Of a stretch of 64,000 nucleotides of DNA, positions 38,480 through 48,548 are shown piece after piece. The stretch lies in NCBI GenBank assembly GCA_964636085.1, contig CAZWPQ010000004.1, positions 979 through 64,978 of the forward strand, given 5' to 3'. A model generated the notes under the pieces. The model worked only from the letters and a program-made list of their open reading frames with translations, had not been told where the DNA came from and did no database searches. A program made the translations under genes and the position numbers. How positions within the stretch are numbered: the stretch's first letter is position 1; each line of letters starts with the position of its first letter. The stretch is from an uncultured Nitrososphaerota archaeon (lineage in GTDB: Archaea > Asgardarchaeota > Njordarchaeia > Njordarchaeales > Panguiarchaeaceae).

Positions 38480-39756
38480 TGTTTCTCTAGGGTCAGTTTT
38501 TTCTTTAGTTGTTCTGGGTTTTTTGCTATTTCTATTAGATCTTGGATGTCTAGGCTGACTATTTGTTTGTGTTGTGTTTTTTGGTTGGCTATTACTATTT
38601 TTGGGGCTTTGATTCGTAGTTTTCTTGTTTTTTCTATGAATTTTTTTGTTTCCTCTGGCGTTATCTGTCCCATTTTGACTTCTATTACGGCTATGGTCTC
38701 TTTTTTTCTTGTTATTATTCCGTCTATTTCGTTTTGCTGGGTTTTCTCTATAGTTCCTCCTAGGGTTTCAGCTATGAGCCTCACTGTGAAGTCCTCGAAG
38801 TATTTTGGTATAATCTTTTTTGTTTCTCTTATCGCTATGCTTGTTGGGATGTCCATTTCGCCGTAGCCTATTTTCTCGTTTAGGTAGTAGTATGTGTGTA
38901 TGATTGGGGATTCTATTGTGTATATGTATCTGTTTCTCTTGAATATCTTTATTCTACGGACTAGCCCCATTTTCTCAAGTATTCTTAGATAGCTCTTTAC
39001 GTCTGATGATGAGAGTTTTTCCCCTATTATCCCCGAGATGTATGACGCCACTTTTGAAGGGAAGTTGTTCCCTACGGCTACTGCTCTTAGTATTGCCTCG
39101 TACCTCTCTGTTATTTCTCTGCTTTCATCAAAAAATATTTCTCCAATCAATGCAGGCACTATGTCTTTTAGTCCGATAAGCATTTTTTCTAGGAAATCGC
39201 CGAATCTTATGTTTTCATGCACGAGTCCCAGTAGTAGGGGTTCTCTAGCAAATAGAGAAATCTTGATCAGTTCACGTGGCTCCCTTATGTAATTGGCCAG
39301 TGCCCCTATTATGTCGCATGGACGGATTGTGTCTACTCTAAATGGGATAGCTATGCCTAAGAGTGGGCTTCTGGGTCCTATTATTTTTTCTGCGAAGAAT
39401 AGGCTTGATGTTATCAGCAGTAACTGTGCTTTTGCCTCTGGCTTTATGGCATGTAATAGGTCTTGAAATTCGCTGGAAAGCCTATGGAATTCATCAATAA
39501 CTATTATCTTTTCCTCCCTTACCCCCCTTTGTATGCGATCTAGAAACACATCTAAGGCTATTGGTTTGAATATCTCCCCTACGAGCTCATAGACACGTCC
39601 AGACCTCGAAATAAAGTAGTATTCGTTATATTTGAGAAAATTTCTGACAATGAATGACTTGCCAGTTTTTCTTCGGCCATATATTAGGATCCATCCGCTT
39701 AGTTTTCTTAGGGTCTCAGCCTCGCTTCGGGGAACCACTATTCCCATAACCATCAT
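38476..39756 (-). CDS. Archaeal ATPase (COG1672/PF01637-type AAA+) with C-terminal DUF234-like domain
   Basis: 426 aa with Walker A 'GRRKTGKSF' and Walker B 'IVIDEFHRL'. The C-terminus 'EIDGIITRKKETIAVIEVKMG' is a D...ExK nuclease-like motif. Confidence 0.8.
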   Translation of the reverse strand: MMVMGIVVPRSEAETLRKLSGWILIYGRRKTGKSFIVRNFLKYNEYYFISRSGRVYELVGEIFKPIALDVFLDRIQRGVREEKIIVIDEFHRLSSEFQDLLHAIKPEAKAQLLLITSSLFFAEKIIGPRSPLLGIAIPFRVDTIRPCDIIGALANYIREPRELIKISLFAREPLLLGLVHENIRFGDFLEKMLIGLKDIVPALIGEIFFDESREITERYEAILRAVAVGNNFPSKVASYISGIIGEKLSSSDVKSYLRILEKMGLVRRIKIFKRNRYIYTIESPIIHTYYYLNEKIGYGEMDIPTSIAIRETKKIIPKYFEDFTVRLIAETLGGTIEKTQQNEIDGIITRKKETIAVIEVKMGQITPEETKKFIEKTRKLRIKAPKIVIANQKTQHKQIVSLDIQDLIEIAKNPEQLKKKLTLEKH

Positions 39757-39989
39757 TCCCCATATTCACATAAGAGATATACTATTTTCAAAATTATAAA
39801 GCAAGCATTAGGGAAATTGTCCAGCATATACAAAACCACAAATAAGTCAAATACATATGGGCAAGAATCCTTGCGACTAGAAACCTAGTGGTGAAACCGA
39901 TAGGATCGTGGTTTGGATAGTCCTAGGAAGATTAGTTTGTTAGTATGATAAAATTTATGGTTTTTCTTATTATAATGGGTGACATTACA

Positions 39990-40631
39990 ATGGGTAGGAG
40001 ATTGCCAAAACTACTTTTTTATGATGATCCATACCTTAAAGAGTGTGAGGCGCATGTGCTGGATGTTGAGGATAATGTGGTATGGCTGGATATGACTATA
40101 TTTTTTGCTGAGAGTGGAGGACAGGAATCCGATAGGGGGAGAATTAATGGGGTTAGCCTAATTGATGTACGGCCTGATGACTTTGGACATATACTTGGAA
40201 ATCCCCCGCCATTTAGGCCTGGCGATACTGTATGTTTGGAGTTGGACTGGAATAGGAGATATAAATTGATGAGGTTACATTCGGCGGCCCATATTGTTTA
40301 TTTCGCCGTGTTGGAGATTCTAGGCGAGCTTGAGGTTATCGGCTCGCATGTTAGTGAGGAAAAAGCAAGACTTGACTATATATTCCATGGCAGAATTTCA
40401 GAATACTTTTCAGACATAATGAAAATTGTGGATAAGACCCTAAATCAAGACGCCAACATAGTTATATATAGAAAACCCGATAACCCATCCATCAGAATCT
40501 GGAAACTTGGCGATTGGGAAACACCATGTAGTGGTCTCCATGTTAGAAATACAAGAGAGATCGGAGAAATCAAGTTGAAGAGGAGAAATTTAGGGAGGGA
40601 TAAGGAAAGAATAGAAATCTATATTCAATAA
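39990..40631 (+). CDS. alaX: AlaX-type alanyl-tRNA editing protein (Ser/Gly-tRNA(Ala) deacylase)
   Basis: The Zn motifs 'HSAAH' (HxxxH) and 'CSGLH' (CxxxH) are present, along with an N-terminal beta-barrel-like 'ESGGQESDRG'. The tracked ORF starts at 39945, but the first 15 residues are hydrophobic junk. Confidence 0.8.
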   Translation: MGRRLPKLLFYDDPYLKECEAHVLDVEDNVVWLDMTIFFAESGGQESDRGRINGVSLIDVRPDDFGHILGNPPPFRPGDTVCLELDWNRRYKLMRLHSAAHIVYFAVLEILGELEVIGSHVSEEKARLDYIFHGRISEYFSDIMKIVDKTLNQDANIVIYRKPDNPSIRIWKLGDWETPCSGLHVRNTREIGEIKLKRRNLGRDKERIEIYIQ

Positions 40632-41866
40632 CTCATCATATGTTCTATTTTTGCACCCTCATCCACTTTTACATGGTAGGCGCTCTTTGCCCCTGCCTCA
40701 ATGGCACCATCTATTACATCTTTGATTCTGCTCCTCTTAACTAGAGCGATGATGCATCCACCTAGCCCAGCACCACTTATCTTGGCTGCTTCCGCACCCC
40801 TCTCCAGTATCGTATCTCTTATGCGTTCTATCTCGGGAGTGCTGACCTCATATAGATCTCTTAATAATTCATGCTGCTTATTCACTATTGAACATAGGGC
40901 TTCTTGGGGATCCGAGGACGCTATCCCTAAATCCTTCAGTCTTTTCCTATCCGAAATTCCTAGGCTTTCATTTTTGAGGATTTTTACTGCGATCTTTGTG
41001 AGTTCGTTCATTCGTACTGTGAATAGGAGCCTATCCGCGGGTTTTCTACTTATCTTTGATATGTACTTACTCAATTCGGGCTCGGATAACTCATCCCACT
41101 TTGCAGAATCATAGGAGTCCCCTAGCTTCTCCCGGAGGGAATCAGGTATATCCATAAGCTTAAGCTCCCTTATGGCCTGATTTATCTCTGATTGTCTTGT
41201 AGGATGAATACTAGCCGTTGAGTGCTTCACGCCACTATCAATAACTACTAATTCTAGGGGGGGTGGATTAAGTTTTTCTATACTAGGTGGATATGCGGGT
41301 TTGAGAAGTATAGTCCCACCTATGGCTGATGCATATTGATCCAATCTCCCGCATGGAATTTTCATTATCTCATTTTCCGCCTTAAATGCATATTCGGCTA
41401 TGTCGATCTGATCGATATTTAACCCATATAGATAGGATAAAAGCTTTATGAATGCAACCTCTAATGCCCCACTACTACCCAATCCACCTCCAATGGGGAT
41501 GTCCCCACCTATAACTACCTCGTAGCCATGATCCAGCCTTAATAATCTGGTATTCACGAGAACACTAATGCATGCCTTCAGGTAATCCACAAAATCTCTA
41601 CCCCTAGGAACTAGGTCATCTAGATAAAATTCACCCTTTCTATCTAGATTTATGGAGGTTACAATAAATCTATCCCTAATGGATCTAGTAGCTACAAAGT
41701 AAACTCTCTTGTCAACGGCGATGGGAATTACTGGGAGGCCCTTGTAGTCTTGATGCGTATTAAGAAAATCAACCCTACCAGGTGCCGATGAAATGACTAA
41801 GGGTTTCTTCTTTTGAACACGCAAATATTCTTTAATACGCCCCAACGCCCCCATTTTTATAACCAT
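40625..41866 (-). CDS. GHMP kinase, galactokinase family (sugar-1-kinase)
   Basis: 413 aa. 'SAPGRVDFLNTHQDY' is a GalK signature-1 variant. 'PCGRLDQ' is the GalK catalytic region. 'PIGGGLGSSGALEVA' is the GHMP ATP motif. Confidence 0.75.
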   Translation of the reverse strand: MVIKMGALGRIKEYLRVQKKKPLVISSAPGRVDFLNTHQDYKGLPVIPIAVDKRVYFVATRSIRDRFIVTSINLDRKGEFYLDDLVPRGRDFVDYLKACISVLVNTRLLRLDHGYEVVIGGDIPIGGGLGSSGALEVAFIKLLSYLYGLNIDQIDIAEYAFKAENEIMKIPCGRLDQYASAIGGTILLKPAYPPSIEKLNPPPLELVVIDSGVKHSTASIHPTRQSEINQAIRELKLMDIPDSLREKLGDSYDSAKWDELSEPELSKYISKISRKPADRLLFTVRMNELTKIAVKILKNESLGISDRKRLKDLGIASSDPQEALCSIVNKQHELLRDLYEVSTPEIERIRDTILERGAEAAKISGAGLGGCIIALVKRSRIKDVIDGAIEAGAKSAYHVKVDEGAKIEHMMSY

Positions 41867-42070
41867 CTAGGAAGGCCTATACTCCCTCTTAATTTTACCA
41901 CACTTTACACACTGGTAAACAGTAACAACCACATTAGAATCCCACATAGATTCGGTATGTATCCTTCTCCAGACATGCCTACAGCCCCTAGAGTGAAGCA
42001 AAACTATAGCAACTATTAGGAGCACAACTAGTAGCGTCCCAATCACTAAGACCATATTCACGCCAATCAC
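41867..42070 (-). CDS. Small membrane-anchored Cys/His protein
   Basis: 67 aa with an N-terminal TM and then 'CRHVW...CVKCG'. It is directly abutted to the kinase start. Confidence 0.4.
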   Translation of the reverse strand: MIGVNMVLVIGTLLVVLLIVAIVLLHSRGCRHVWRRIHTESMWDSNVVVTVYQCVKCGKIKREYRPS

Positions 42071-42258
42071 CCAATCAAATAAATAATAGAAATATTCTAG
42101 AAAAAGAACTTTTGAATATTCAATTTTATTATTTCTTAATTCGACATTAAACCGAAATTGCTATACTGAACTTTAAACTATTTTATGGCGATGGCGTCCT
42201 TGGAGTCATTAAAAAAAGGAATTGGAAATAGCAACTATGGATCCATTATTAATTGGTA

Positions 42259-45200
42259 CTACTCAGTTTTCCGGGGTTTTCTCTTTGTGACAATTATCAG
42301 GACTATGTAGCCTGCAATTAGGGTAGCAAGAGCCGTCAGTAGTATTGGACTGTAATGTGGTGGTATTTTCTCTGTCATTTTGGTTGTGGTTGTAATTGTT
42401 GTGGTATTTGTTGTTTCTGGCTCAACGATTATAATATATGGCCCAGATTCTGTCCTAGTTTCTGCAATATCTATAGCGATTATTCTGAACACTATACTTC
42501 CAGTGTCAAGGAGAGGGATTGCGTAGATGTATGTCCCGTTTTCGTTTGGTGGTATGGATGTATTTTCCGTTGTTCCAGCGTAGGAATATACGACGTATAT
42601 TGCTTTTACTCCTGTGTTGTCGTCTATCTCGAAGTAGATAACACAATACTCGTTATCCAATGTTATAGATTCCCTATAAACAACATTTCTTATTGTTGGA
42701 GGGGTATTATCCACATTTCTCATGATCTCGATGTAGAAAGAATTGTTGGCATTGTCAAACACAATTATTGTGAATGTATGGTTTCCATCGCCCAGTAGGG
42801 TGGTATCAATGCTTACATCTATGTGGTATTCTGTTCCATCTATCGAATAGTTGGCATAGCTGTATCCATCCACCAAAACTATTACATATGACAATCCCAT
42901 GTTATCAGTAGCATTTATCCCCATGGTTATCTCGTCAGACAATACCCCATATGGAGCCTCAATATATACTTGGGGCTCCTCCGTATCCTTGTAGAAGAAG
43001 ACCGTTTTGGTATTCACATTTCCAGCATAATCCACAGCCACTACTGTTATATTATGGATACCGTCTCCGATCCCTATATCCGATATGTTTATCACTATCG
43101 TTTCTTGATAAATCGTCATGTACGTTTCCCCATCTATCAGAACCACCACATGATCGACTCCAAAATCATCTGATGTCTCTATCTTAATCGCACAGGTGCT
43201 ACTTAGCCAAGTATAATTTGTTATGTTGATGTTTACTAGGGGTGCAATCTTATCGACCATGAAGTATATTAGAAACATGTATCCTGTATTGTTGATGGTT
43301 AAATTCAAATAGTACTCTCCATTCTGTAACTTACTGACATTTATGTAGTACACGTAAGGATGGTTGAATAAGATTAATACATCACTATTGTTTATCGCGA
43401 AGAGAGCTGTTGTGTTGGATATATCCGTGAATAGATATACATACCTACTAGAAGCGAGATATGTGTAATTAGCTATATTTATTATTATTCCCCTATCAAA
43501 ATATACCGATGGTTCTATGACTAGTGGATAAAGATCAACAAGACCATCTATATAGAACGGCTCATCAATAATTCCGTCTTTGTCAAGATCGTCCCCCATG
43601 TATTCACTCCAATAGTTACCATAGTAGTCGAAGTATAGTTTTGCGGTTGCATTACCCCCAACTACCACTACATTGGGGTTTTCATAAAAGAACGCGTTGC
43701 CATAAATTAGCGCGTTTCCAATCTCTAGAATTATGGCGTGTTCTAGGTTATATAGGAACTTGTTGTGTATTATCCTAAGTGTAGCCCCCATACTTGATGA
43801 GTAATGTATATCCTTGTAGTAGATTCCTATATCATTGTATGCAAAAAATGTATTGGTCACGTTGACTTCTCCAGACACACATGTTATTTCTATACCTATG
43901 TGGCAGTAGGAGATGTTGTTATGGAATATATCAGCATAGACTTTTTCCCTATCTACATTATACATATCGTAGCCAGAATCAAGAGATATGGCTTTCGTGC
44001 AATACAGGAAAGTGTTGTTTACTACATTAATCGTGGGCCCACACTTGGCCCTTATCGCGATAAAGCAATCATAAAAGACATTGTTTTCGATGTATGAGCC
44101 CGAAACATCCATTATTGTTATCGCATAGCAACAACCAGAGAAGGAGCTATTTATTATTCTGGTGGAGGACGAATCTGTGTAGATACCATATACACAATCG
44201 ATAATTGTTGTGTTTTCTAATACTATTCCCGAGGAGTCGAAAACATACATGAAGTAGTAGAGATTACTTACATAACTTGAGGATATAATGACATCGTCTG
44301 AATCATATATCTGTATTAGAATAGATACATTGTCGGGCGGCTGAATCTCCCTAATTTTTATGGATGTGCTTGACTCTATAATTGTTGCATTTAAACAATC
44401 CACAAATGATAGACTAGATAGAGTAATGTTTTGCGAATCAACGATCCATAGACCAACTATGGATGATTTTGTAACCTCCATTGCATCCACAATAAGTCCA
44501 TCACATCTATATATCAGAACATAATGCGATACGATATTTCTAATGGTTCCATTGGTATATCCAATCAGGAGAGCCCCATATTCAGCCCCTATTATGCCTA
44601 CTTCTTCTGGACCGCCATAGATCGCAATCTGGCCTCCCATGTAGTTGGATTCATAAACTGTTGTTGTGTTATAAGCGGTTTGTCCCTCAAAGAATATAAT
44701 GCCATACAATATTTCGAGATTTCTTAGTGTTATGTTCAATGTGTTCTTCATATATAGACTTCTATAAACCGCCGCTATGGTTCCACCAAGAACTGTAGAG
44801 TTCGTATCCACTAAAAAGATGCCTTCATTGCTATCGCTTATTTGTATACTCGCTGAAATATTAGATGAGGAGAAAATCTTTAATCCTAACGAGTAATTAT
44901 TGACGTAGCAATTTTCTATTCTGGTTCTGTTTGATGATCCTATATATATTGCTGTTTTTCCTCCTGTGAAATTATTTTCCTCCATATATGTGTATGTACA
45001 CTCGTATATGTAGGATCCAGTCGTTATCTGTTGGTTCGTACGGTATTGGTTTGATGTTATGTTGATATTCATCGATGCCCTTAGGTAATTCCACCAGTGA
45101 TATGTTATTGTTCCTGATGTTATCCCCGAGGCAATGATCTCATCAACAATACTTATGTTGGCATGATAACTATTGTTCCATGCATGCATATATTTGGCGG

Positions 45201-46413
45201 AATATGCATATATACCATAGACATATAGATAGTATAGAGTGAGGAGTATAAGTCTTTCTTTTATTTTAGTCCAGAACGAATTATTTGCCACAATCACATT
45301 GGTCACGTTGTCTAGGTATAATTGATATATCCTCGATGTTATTGTATATGGTGGCCATCCTGTCCCGCTCCCGCTTGGATATATGGAGCAGTTCCAATTG
45401 GTATTTCTGATTGTTATGTTATTTGTCGTTGACACATACACAGCGTAGTGTGTGGCTTTATTTATTGTATAGTCGTCCATGTATATGTATGCCGAGTCTA
45501 TATCTACGTGCTGGGAGCTGTCTATGTATATTCCCCATACCGTTGACGATGCCCTAAACTTTTGGTCTATGTTTATATGGGCAAGACTTATGTTTTCGGA
45601 TTTCTCGATATGTATGCAGTAGGTTCCCCCCTTGAGGCTAGTGTCAGAGATCGATATATGGGTGCTGTTTTCTATATATACCCCCGTACCAGAGACAATA
45701 ACGGATAAATTATTAATTGCTATTCTATCGCAGTTGATTATTTCTATGTTTATGTTGCTGGCTTCTATATGACAATTGTTTATTGATATGTTATTAGATC
45801 CATTCATAAGGACTCCTATGTAACCACTACTTATGTTTGTGTCTTGAATTATTGCGTTATCACAATATATAACTAAGCCTGGGAATGCGTCATTGAAACC
45901 TACATAATCTAGGTTGGATCCATATAATTCTAGATTCGCCCCAGCAAACAAGAATATTGCGTATCTATAATTATTCATTGAGGAGATATGCGTATTGTTC
46001 ATATATAGTGACCCGTTAGCCATAACCGTGATGTTGTACTCGCCATCGTAGCTCATATTGAAGGTTAGTGTAGAATTTTTGAGTATTAGACTTCCATTTT
46101 CGGTCACGACAATACTTCCATTAAGTATTATGTCCTCATCCTCCACAATAGTTGTTTGGTTAACTATCCATGTTCCAGTCGATGGGGGCGGCGGGCCAGT
46201 TATTCCTCTTTTAATGAGTGGTTTGAAGTGGTTGCGAGTCAAAATAACATGATATGTCCTGTTTGCTGTATAGTAGATTGTCTTATACTCCCTCCTATTT
46301 GGAGTAGAACTCTTCTTTTTGGTGTCGCGATAATAAGTTTGCGTAATAGGCAGGTATGTATATATGAAGATCAAGATGATAAAGCATAGGGCCAAAAAGC
46401 AATTACTTTTCAA
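42259..46413 (-). CDS. Giant surface protein: parallel beta-helix (PbH1/NosD-like) repeats, three Ig-like modules, Thr-rich stalk and C-terminal TM anchor
   Basis: 1384 aa with an N-terminal signal/TM. It carries many 'N(I/V)xIxNxxI...G(I/V)x(I/L)' beta-helix coils and three ~90-aa modules with DxxxPxV...DDxG(V/L)...GDGxH...D.AGN. The stalk is 'ETTNTTTITTTTK', followed by a TM and KRKPRK. Confidence 0.8.
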   Translation of the reverse strand: MKSNCFLALCFIILIFIYTYLPITQTYYRDTKKKSSTPNRREYKTIYYTANRTYHVILTRNHFKPLIKRGITGPPPPSTGTWIVNQTTIVEDEDIILNGSIVVTENGSLILKNSTLTFNMSYDGEYNITVMANGSLYMNNTHISSMNNYRYAIFLFAGANLELYGSNLDYVGFNDAFPGLVIYCDNAIIQDTNISSGYIGVLMNGSNNISINNCHIEASNINIEIINCDRIAINNLSVIVSGTGVYIENSTHISISDTSLKGGTYCIHIEKSENISLAHINIDQKFRASSTVWGIYIDSSQHVDIDSAYIYMDDYTINKATHYAVYVSTTNNITIRNTNWNCSIYPSGSGTGWPPYTITSRIYQLYLDNVTNVIVANNSFWTKIKERLILLTLYYLYVYGIYAYSAKYMHAWNNSYHANISIVDEIIASGITSGTITYHWWNYLRASMNINITSNQYRTNQQITTGSYIYECTYTYMEENNFTGGKTAIYIGSSNRTRIENCYVNNYSLGLKIFSSSNISASIQISDSNEGIFLVDTNSTVLGGTIAAVYRSLYMKNTLNITLRNLEILYGIIFFEGQTAYNTTTVYESNYMGGQIAIYGGPEEVGIIGAEYGALLIGYTNGTIRNIVSHYVLIYRCDGLIVDAMEVTKSSIVGLWIVDSQNITLSSLSFVDCLNATIIESSTSIKIREIQPPDNVSILIQIYDSDDVIISSSYVSNLYYFMYVFDSSGIVLENTTIIDCVYGIYTDSSSTRIINSSFSGCCYAITIMDVSGSYIENNVFYDCFIAIRAKCGPTINVVNNTFLYCTKAISLDSGYDMYNVDREKVYADIFHNNISYCHIGIEITCVSGEVNVTNTFFAYNDIGIYYKDIHYSSSMGATLRIIHNKFLYNLEHAIILEIGNALIYGNAFFYENPNVVVVGGNATAKLYFDYYGNYWSEYMGDDLDKDGIIDEPFYIDGLVDLYPLVIEPSVYFDRGIIINIANYTYLASSRYVYLFTDISNTTALFAINNSDVLILFNHPYVYYINVSKLQNGEYYLNLTINNTGYMFLIYFMVDKIAPLVNINITNYTWLSSTCAIKIETSDDFGVDHVVVLIDGETYMTIYQETIVINISDIGIGDGIHNITVVAVDYAGNVNTKTVFFYKDTEEPQVYIEAPYGVLSDEITMGINATDNMGLSYVIVLVDGYSYANYSIDGTEYHIDVSIDTTLLGDGNHTFTIIVFDNANNSFYIEIMRNVDNTPPTIRNVVYRESITLDNEYCVIYFEIDDNTGVKAIYVVYSYAGTTENTSIPPNENGTYIYAIPLLDTGSIVFRIIAIDIAETRTESGPYIIIVEPETTNTTTITTTTKMTEKIPPHYSPILLTALATLIAGYIVLIIVTKRKPRKTE

Positions 46414-46791
46414 TTTTGGTCACCTTATCGACTTTTCAATGTTATAATAAATTCTATATACAAGATAAATAGAAAAACCTGCTGACGATCTCTGTAGCTT
46501 AAATAGTCTAGATATATTGATAGCCAAATTTAGAAGAGACTTAGTGTTAAACCCACTAGTTGAAACCATAGATGCTTGGTTCTGCTGTATGTGGGCATTT
46601 ACATGGATCTGCATACTCACATAGACCGAGTAATTTTCCATTTGCTTTATAAATACTTTGTACTTTAGTTGATATTTTTTATTGTGATTCTGTCTGAGCG
46701 ATCTTTTATGCTTTTCATCGATTTATTGTGGCTACTTAGAAGATATAAAAATGTCCTGTAAATTTAGTACTTGCAGCGGGAACAATGGATA

Positions 46792-47547
46792 TTAGTGAAC
46801 GCCAAGCACCTCGCAGGCTTGCTTATATCCCATTTCGCATGCCTTCTTAATAAGCTCAACCCCTTTTCTTCTTTCGCCCATTCTTATGTAAAGTACTCCA
46901 AGAGCATATATTATTACTGGATCGTTTGGGTCCATTTGTAGGGCCTTGTTATAGCATTCAAGAGCCTTATCGTAGTCTTCTTTACCCATATATGCCGAGG
47001 CAAGATTAAACCATGTTTCCTTTAATGAATCATCCAAATCAAGAGCCATGCTCAGGTATTTGATGGAATTTTCATAATCGCCAATGATGCCATATGCTAC
47101 CCCCAGAAGGTTTAACGTATCGGAATCATTTGGGTCAAGCTCCGCTGCTTTTTTCAGATATTTAACTGCAAGATCGGGCTTCTCCATTCTTATATATGCT
47201 AAGCCAAGATTATACCAAGCAAGTTGATATTTGGGGTCTAACTCCACAACCTTTTTGAAATACTCGGTTGCCTTTTCAACATCGCCCATCATCGTGTATG
47301 TATATCCGAGAATATTGAGAACCTCAATATCATTAGGCCGCAATTCAACAACTTTCTTTAGATAAGTCTCTGCAGAGCGTAAATCATCGAGCTCAATGTA
47401 TGCCCTAGCCAGCCAATAAAGAGCATCCACATTCTCTGGCTGAACACTTAGAATCTCCTTAAATATGCTGATGGCCTCACCGGGCCTACCATCTTCTATA
47501 AGCCTTATCCCCTCCCTAATCCTATTTGACGTTCCCACATTGGTCAA
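46792..47547 (-). CDS. TPR repeat protein
   Basis: 251 aa with about 7 canonical 34-aa TPRs ('AWYNLGLAYIRMEKPDLAVKYLKKAAELDPND' etc.). Confidence 0.9.
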   Translation of the reverse strand: MTNVGTSNRIREGIRLIEDGRPGEAISIFKEILSVQPENVDALYWLARAYIELDDLRSAETYLKKVVELRPNDIEVLNILGYTYTMMGDVEKATEYFKKVVELDPKYQLAWYNLGLAYIRMEKPDLAVKYLKKAAELDPNDSDTLNLLGVAYGIIGDYENSIKYLSMALDLDDSLKETWFNLASAYMGKEDYDKALECYNKALQMDPNDPVIIYALGVLYIRMGERRKGVELIKKACEMGYKQACEVLGVH

Positions 47548-47720
47548 AGTCTACACCAACCACTATATTCAACCCTATAATGAAAAATAGAATATTAAAG
47601 AATATTCCAATTTAATGTTCCGATACTTTCATGAATACATTCATTTTTTATAGGGCCCTTATATATACAATTTATGAATATGTGTCTTTTAAATGTATTT
47701 TTTAGATTATGTAAGGGATT

Positions 47721-47729
47721 GTATAATTG
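47721..47729 (+). promoter_or_regulatory. TATA-like box for the RAM-domain gene
   Basis: 'gtataattg' is centred about 23-27 nt upstream of the ATG at 47748 (leaderless geometry). Confidence 0.4.
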
Positions 47730-47747
47730 TCTTAGTGGGTGTAGAGA

Positions 47748-47987
47748 ATGAAAGCATACCTCCTCATCCGAGTCGAGGCTGGAAAGGAAAATCATGTACT
47801 AGACAAAATTATTGAGATTCCTGGCATCCGCCAGGCCGCCCTTGTATTTGGCCCATATGATATTATAGCTGTTGCGGAAGTAACCACCCACGACGAACTG
47901 GACAATATAGTTGTTGGTTCTGTACGCAAAATAGAGGGTGTAAAGGATTCCTTAACATTAGTTGTGGCTGAAGAAAAATCAAAATAA
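47748..47987 (+). CDS. Stand-alone Lrp/AsnC ligand-binding (RAM) domain protein
   Basis: 79 aa. 'AYLLIRVEAGKENHVLDKIIEIPGIRQAALVFGPYDIIAVAEV' is a typical RAM-domain-only protein with no HTH. Confidence 0.7.
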   Translation: MKAYLLIRVEAGKENHVLDKIIEIPGIRQAALVFGPYDIIAVAEVTTHDELDNIVVGSVRKIEGVKDSLTLVVAEEKSK

Positions 47988-47988
47988 G

Positions 47989-48504
47989 CTAGTTATTGCC
48001 ATATTTTTCTTTTTTGGATCTTTTGCAGTATATAACATCTCCCTCCCAGTATACCATTCGCCGCAACAGTCGCTTTGCTCCGCCCCCTCCGAGTAGACGT
48101 TTCATCTCTTGGATCGTGATTCTTTCGTATCCATTTTTTTCAAAGAATTTTTGCGTCTTAATATTCTCCTCACCAGTTAATGCCCAAAACCTTAATGCCC
48201 CTTCTCTTTCCATAATTGCTTCCGCCTTTCTGAGCAAATTCGTACCTATTCCTCTTCTCTGGAAATCTGGATGCACAAATATGTACCATATATGCCCCTC
48301 TATACTATGAGGCAATCTATATGCCTCGAATTCTATGGCGCCCACTATTTTATTATCTATCTCTGCTACTAGTGTATGGGGAGCCCTTAGTGCCCCCATT
48401 ATGCTCCAATATTTATCTGAGTTACTCTCGAATGCGTGTTCCGCCAAAGCCTCGAGTAGAGGGATATCTCTCTTTCTGAATTTCCTTATCTTTATTGTAT
48501 ACAT
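47989..48504 (-). CDS. GNAT-family N-acetyltransferase
   Basis: 171 aa. 'IFVHPDFQRRGIGTNLLRKAE' is the acetyl-CoA motif A (Q/RxxGxG/A). Confidence 0.85.
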   Translation of the reverse strand: MYTIKIRKFRKRDIPLLEALAEHAFESNSDKYWSIMGALRAPHTLVAEIDNKIVGAIEFEAYRLPHSIEGHIWYIFVHPDFQRRGIGTNLLRKAEAIMEREGALRFWALTGEENIKTQKFFEKNGYERITIQEMKRLLGGGGAKRLLRRMVYWEGDVIYCKRSKKEKYGNN

Positions 48505-48548
48505 GGTGAGATCAACTTTTAGTAATGGATTTGGATATGATCCTGATT

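Noticed and set aside
46420-46641. 73-aa ORF immediately upstream of the giant beta-helix gene. The 66-aa ORF at 47595..47795 is a similar case.
   Set aside because: Low-complexity, atypical composition in what are more plausibly promoter regions of the adjacent genes, with no motif.
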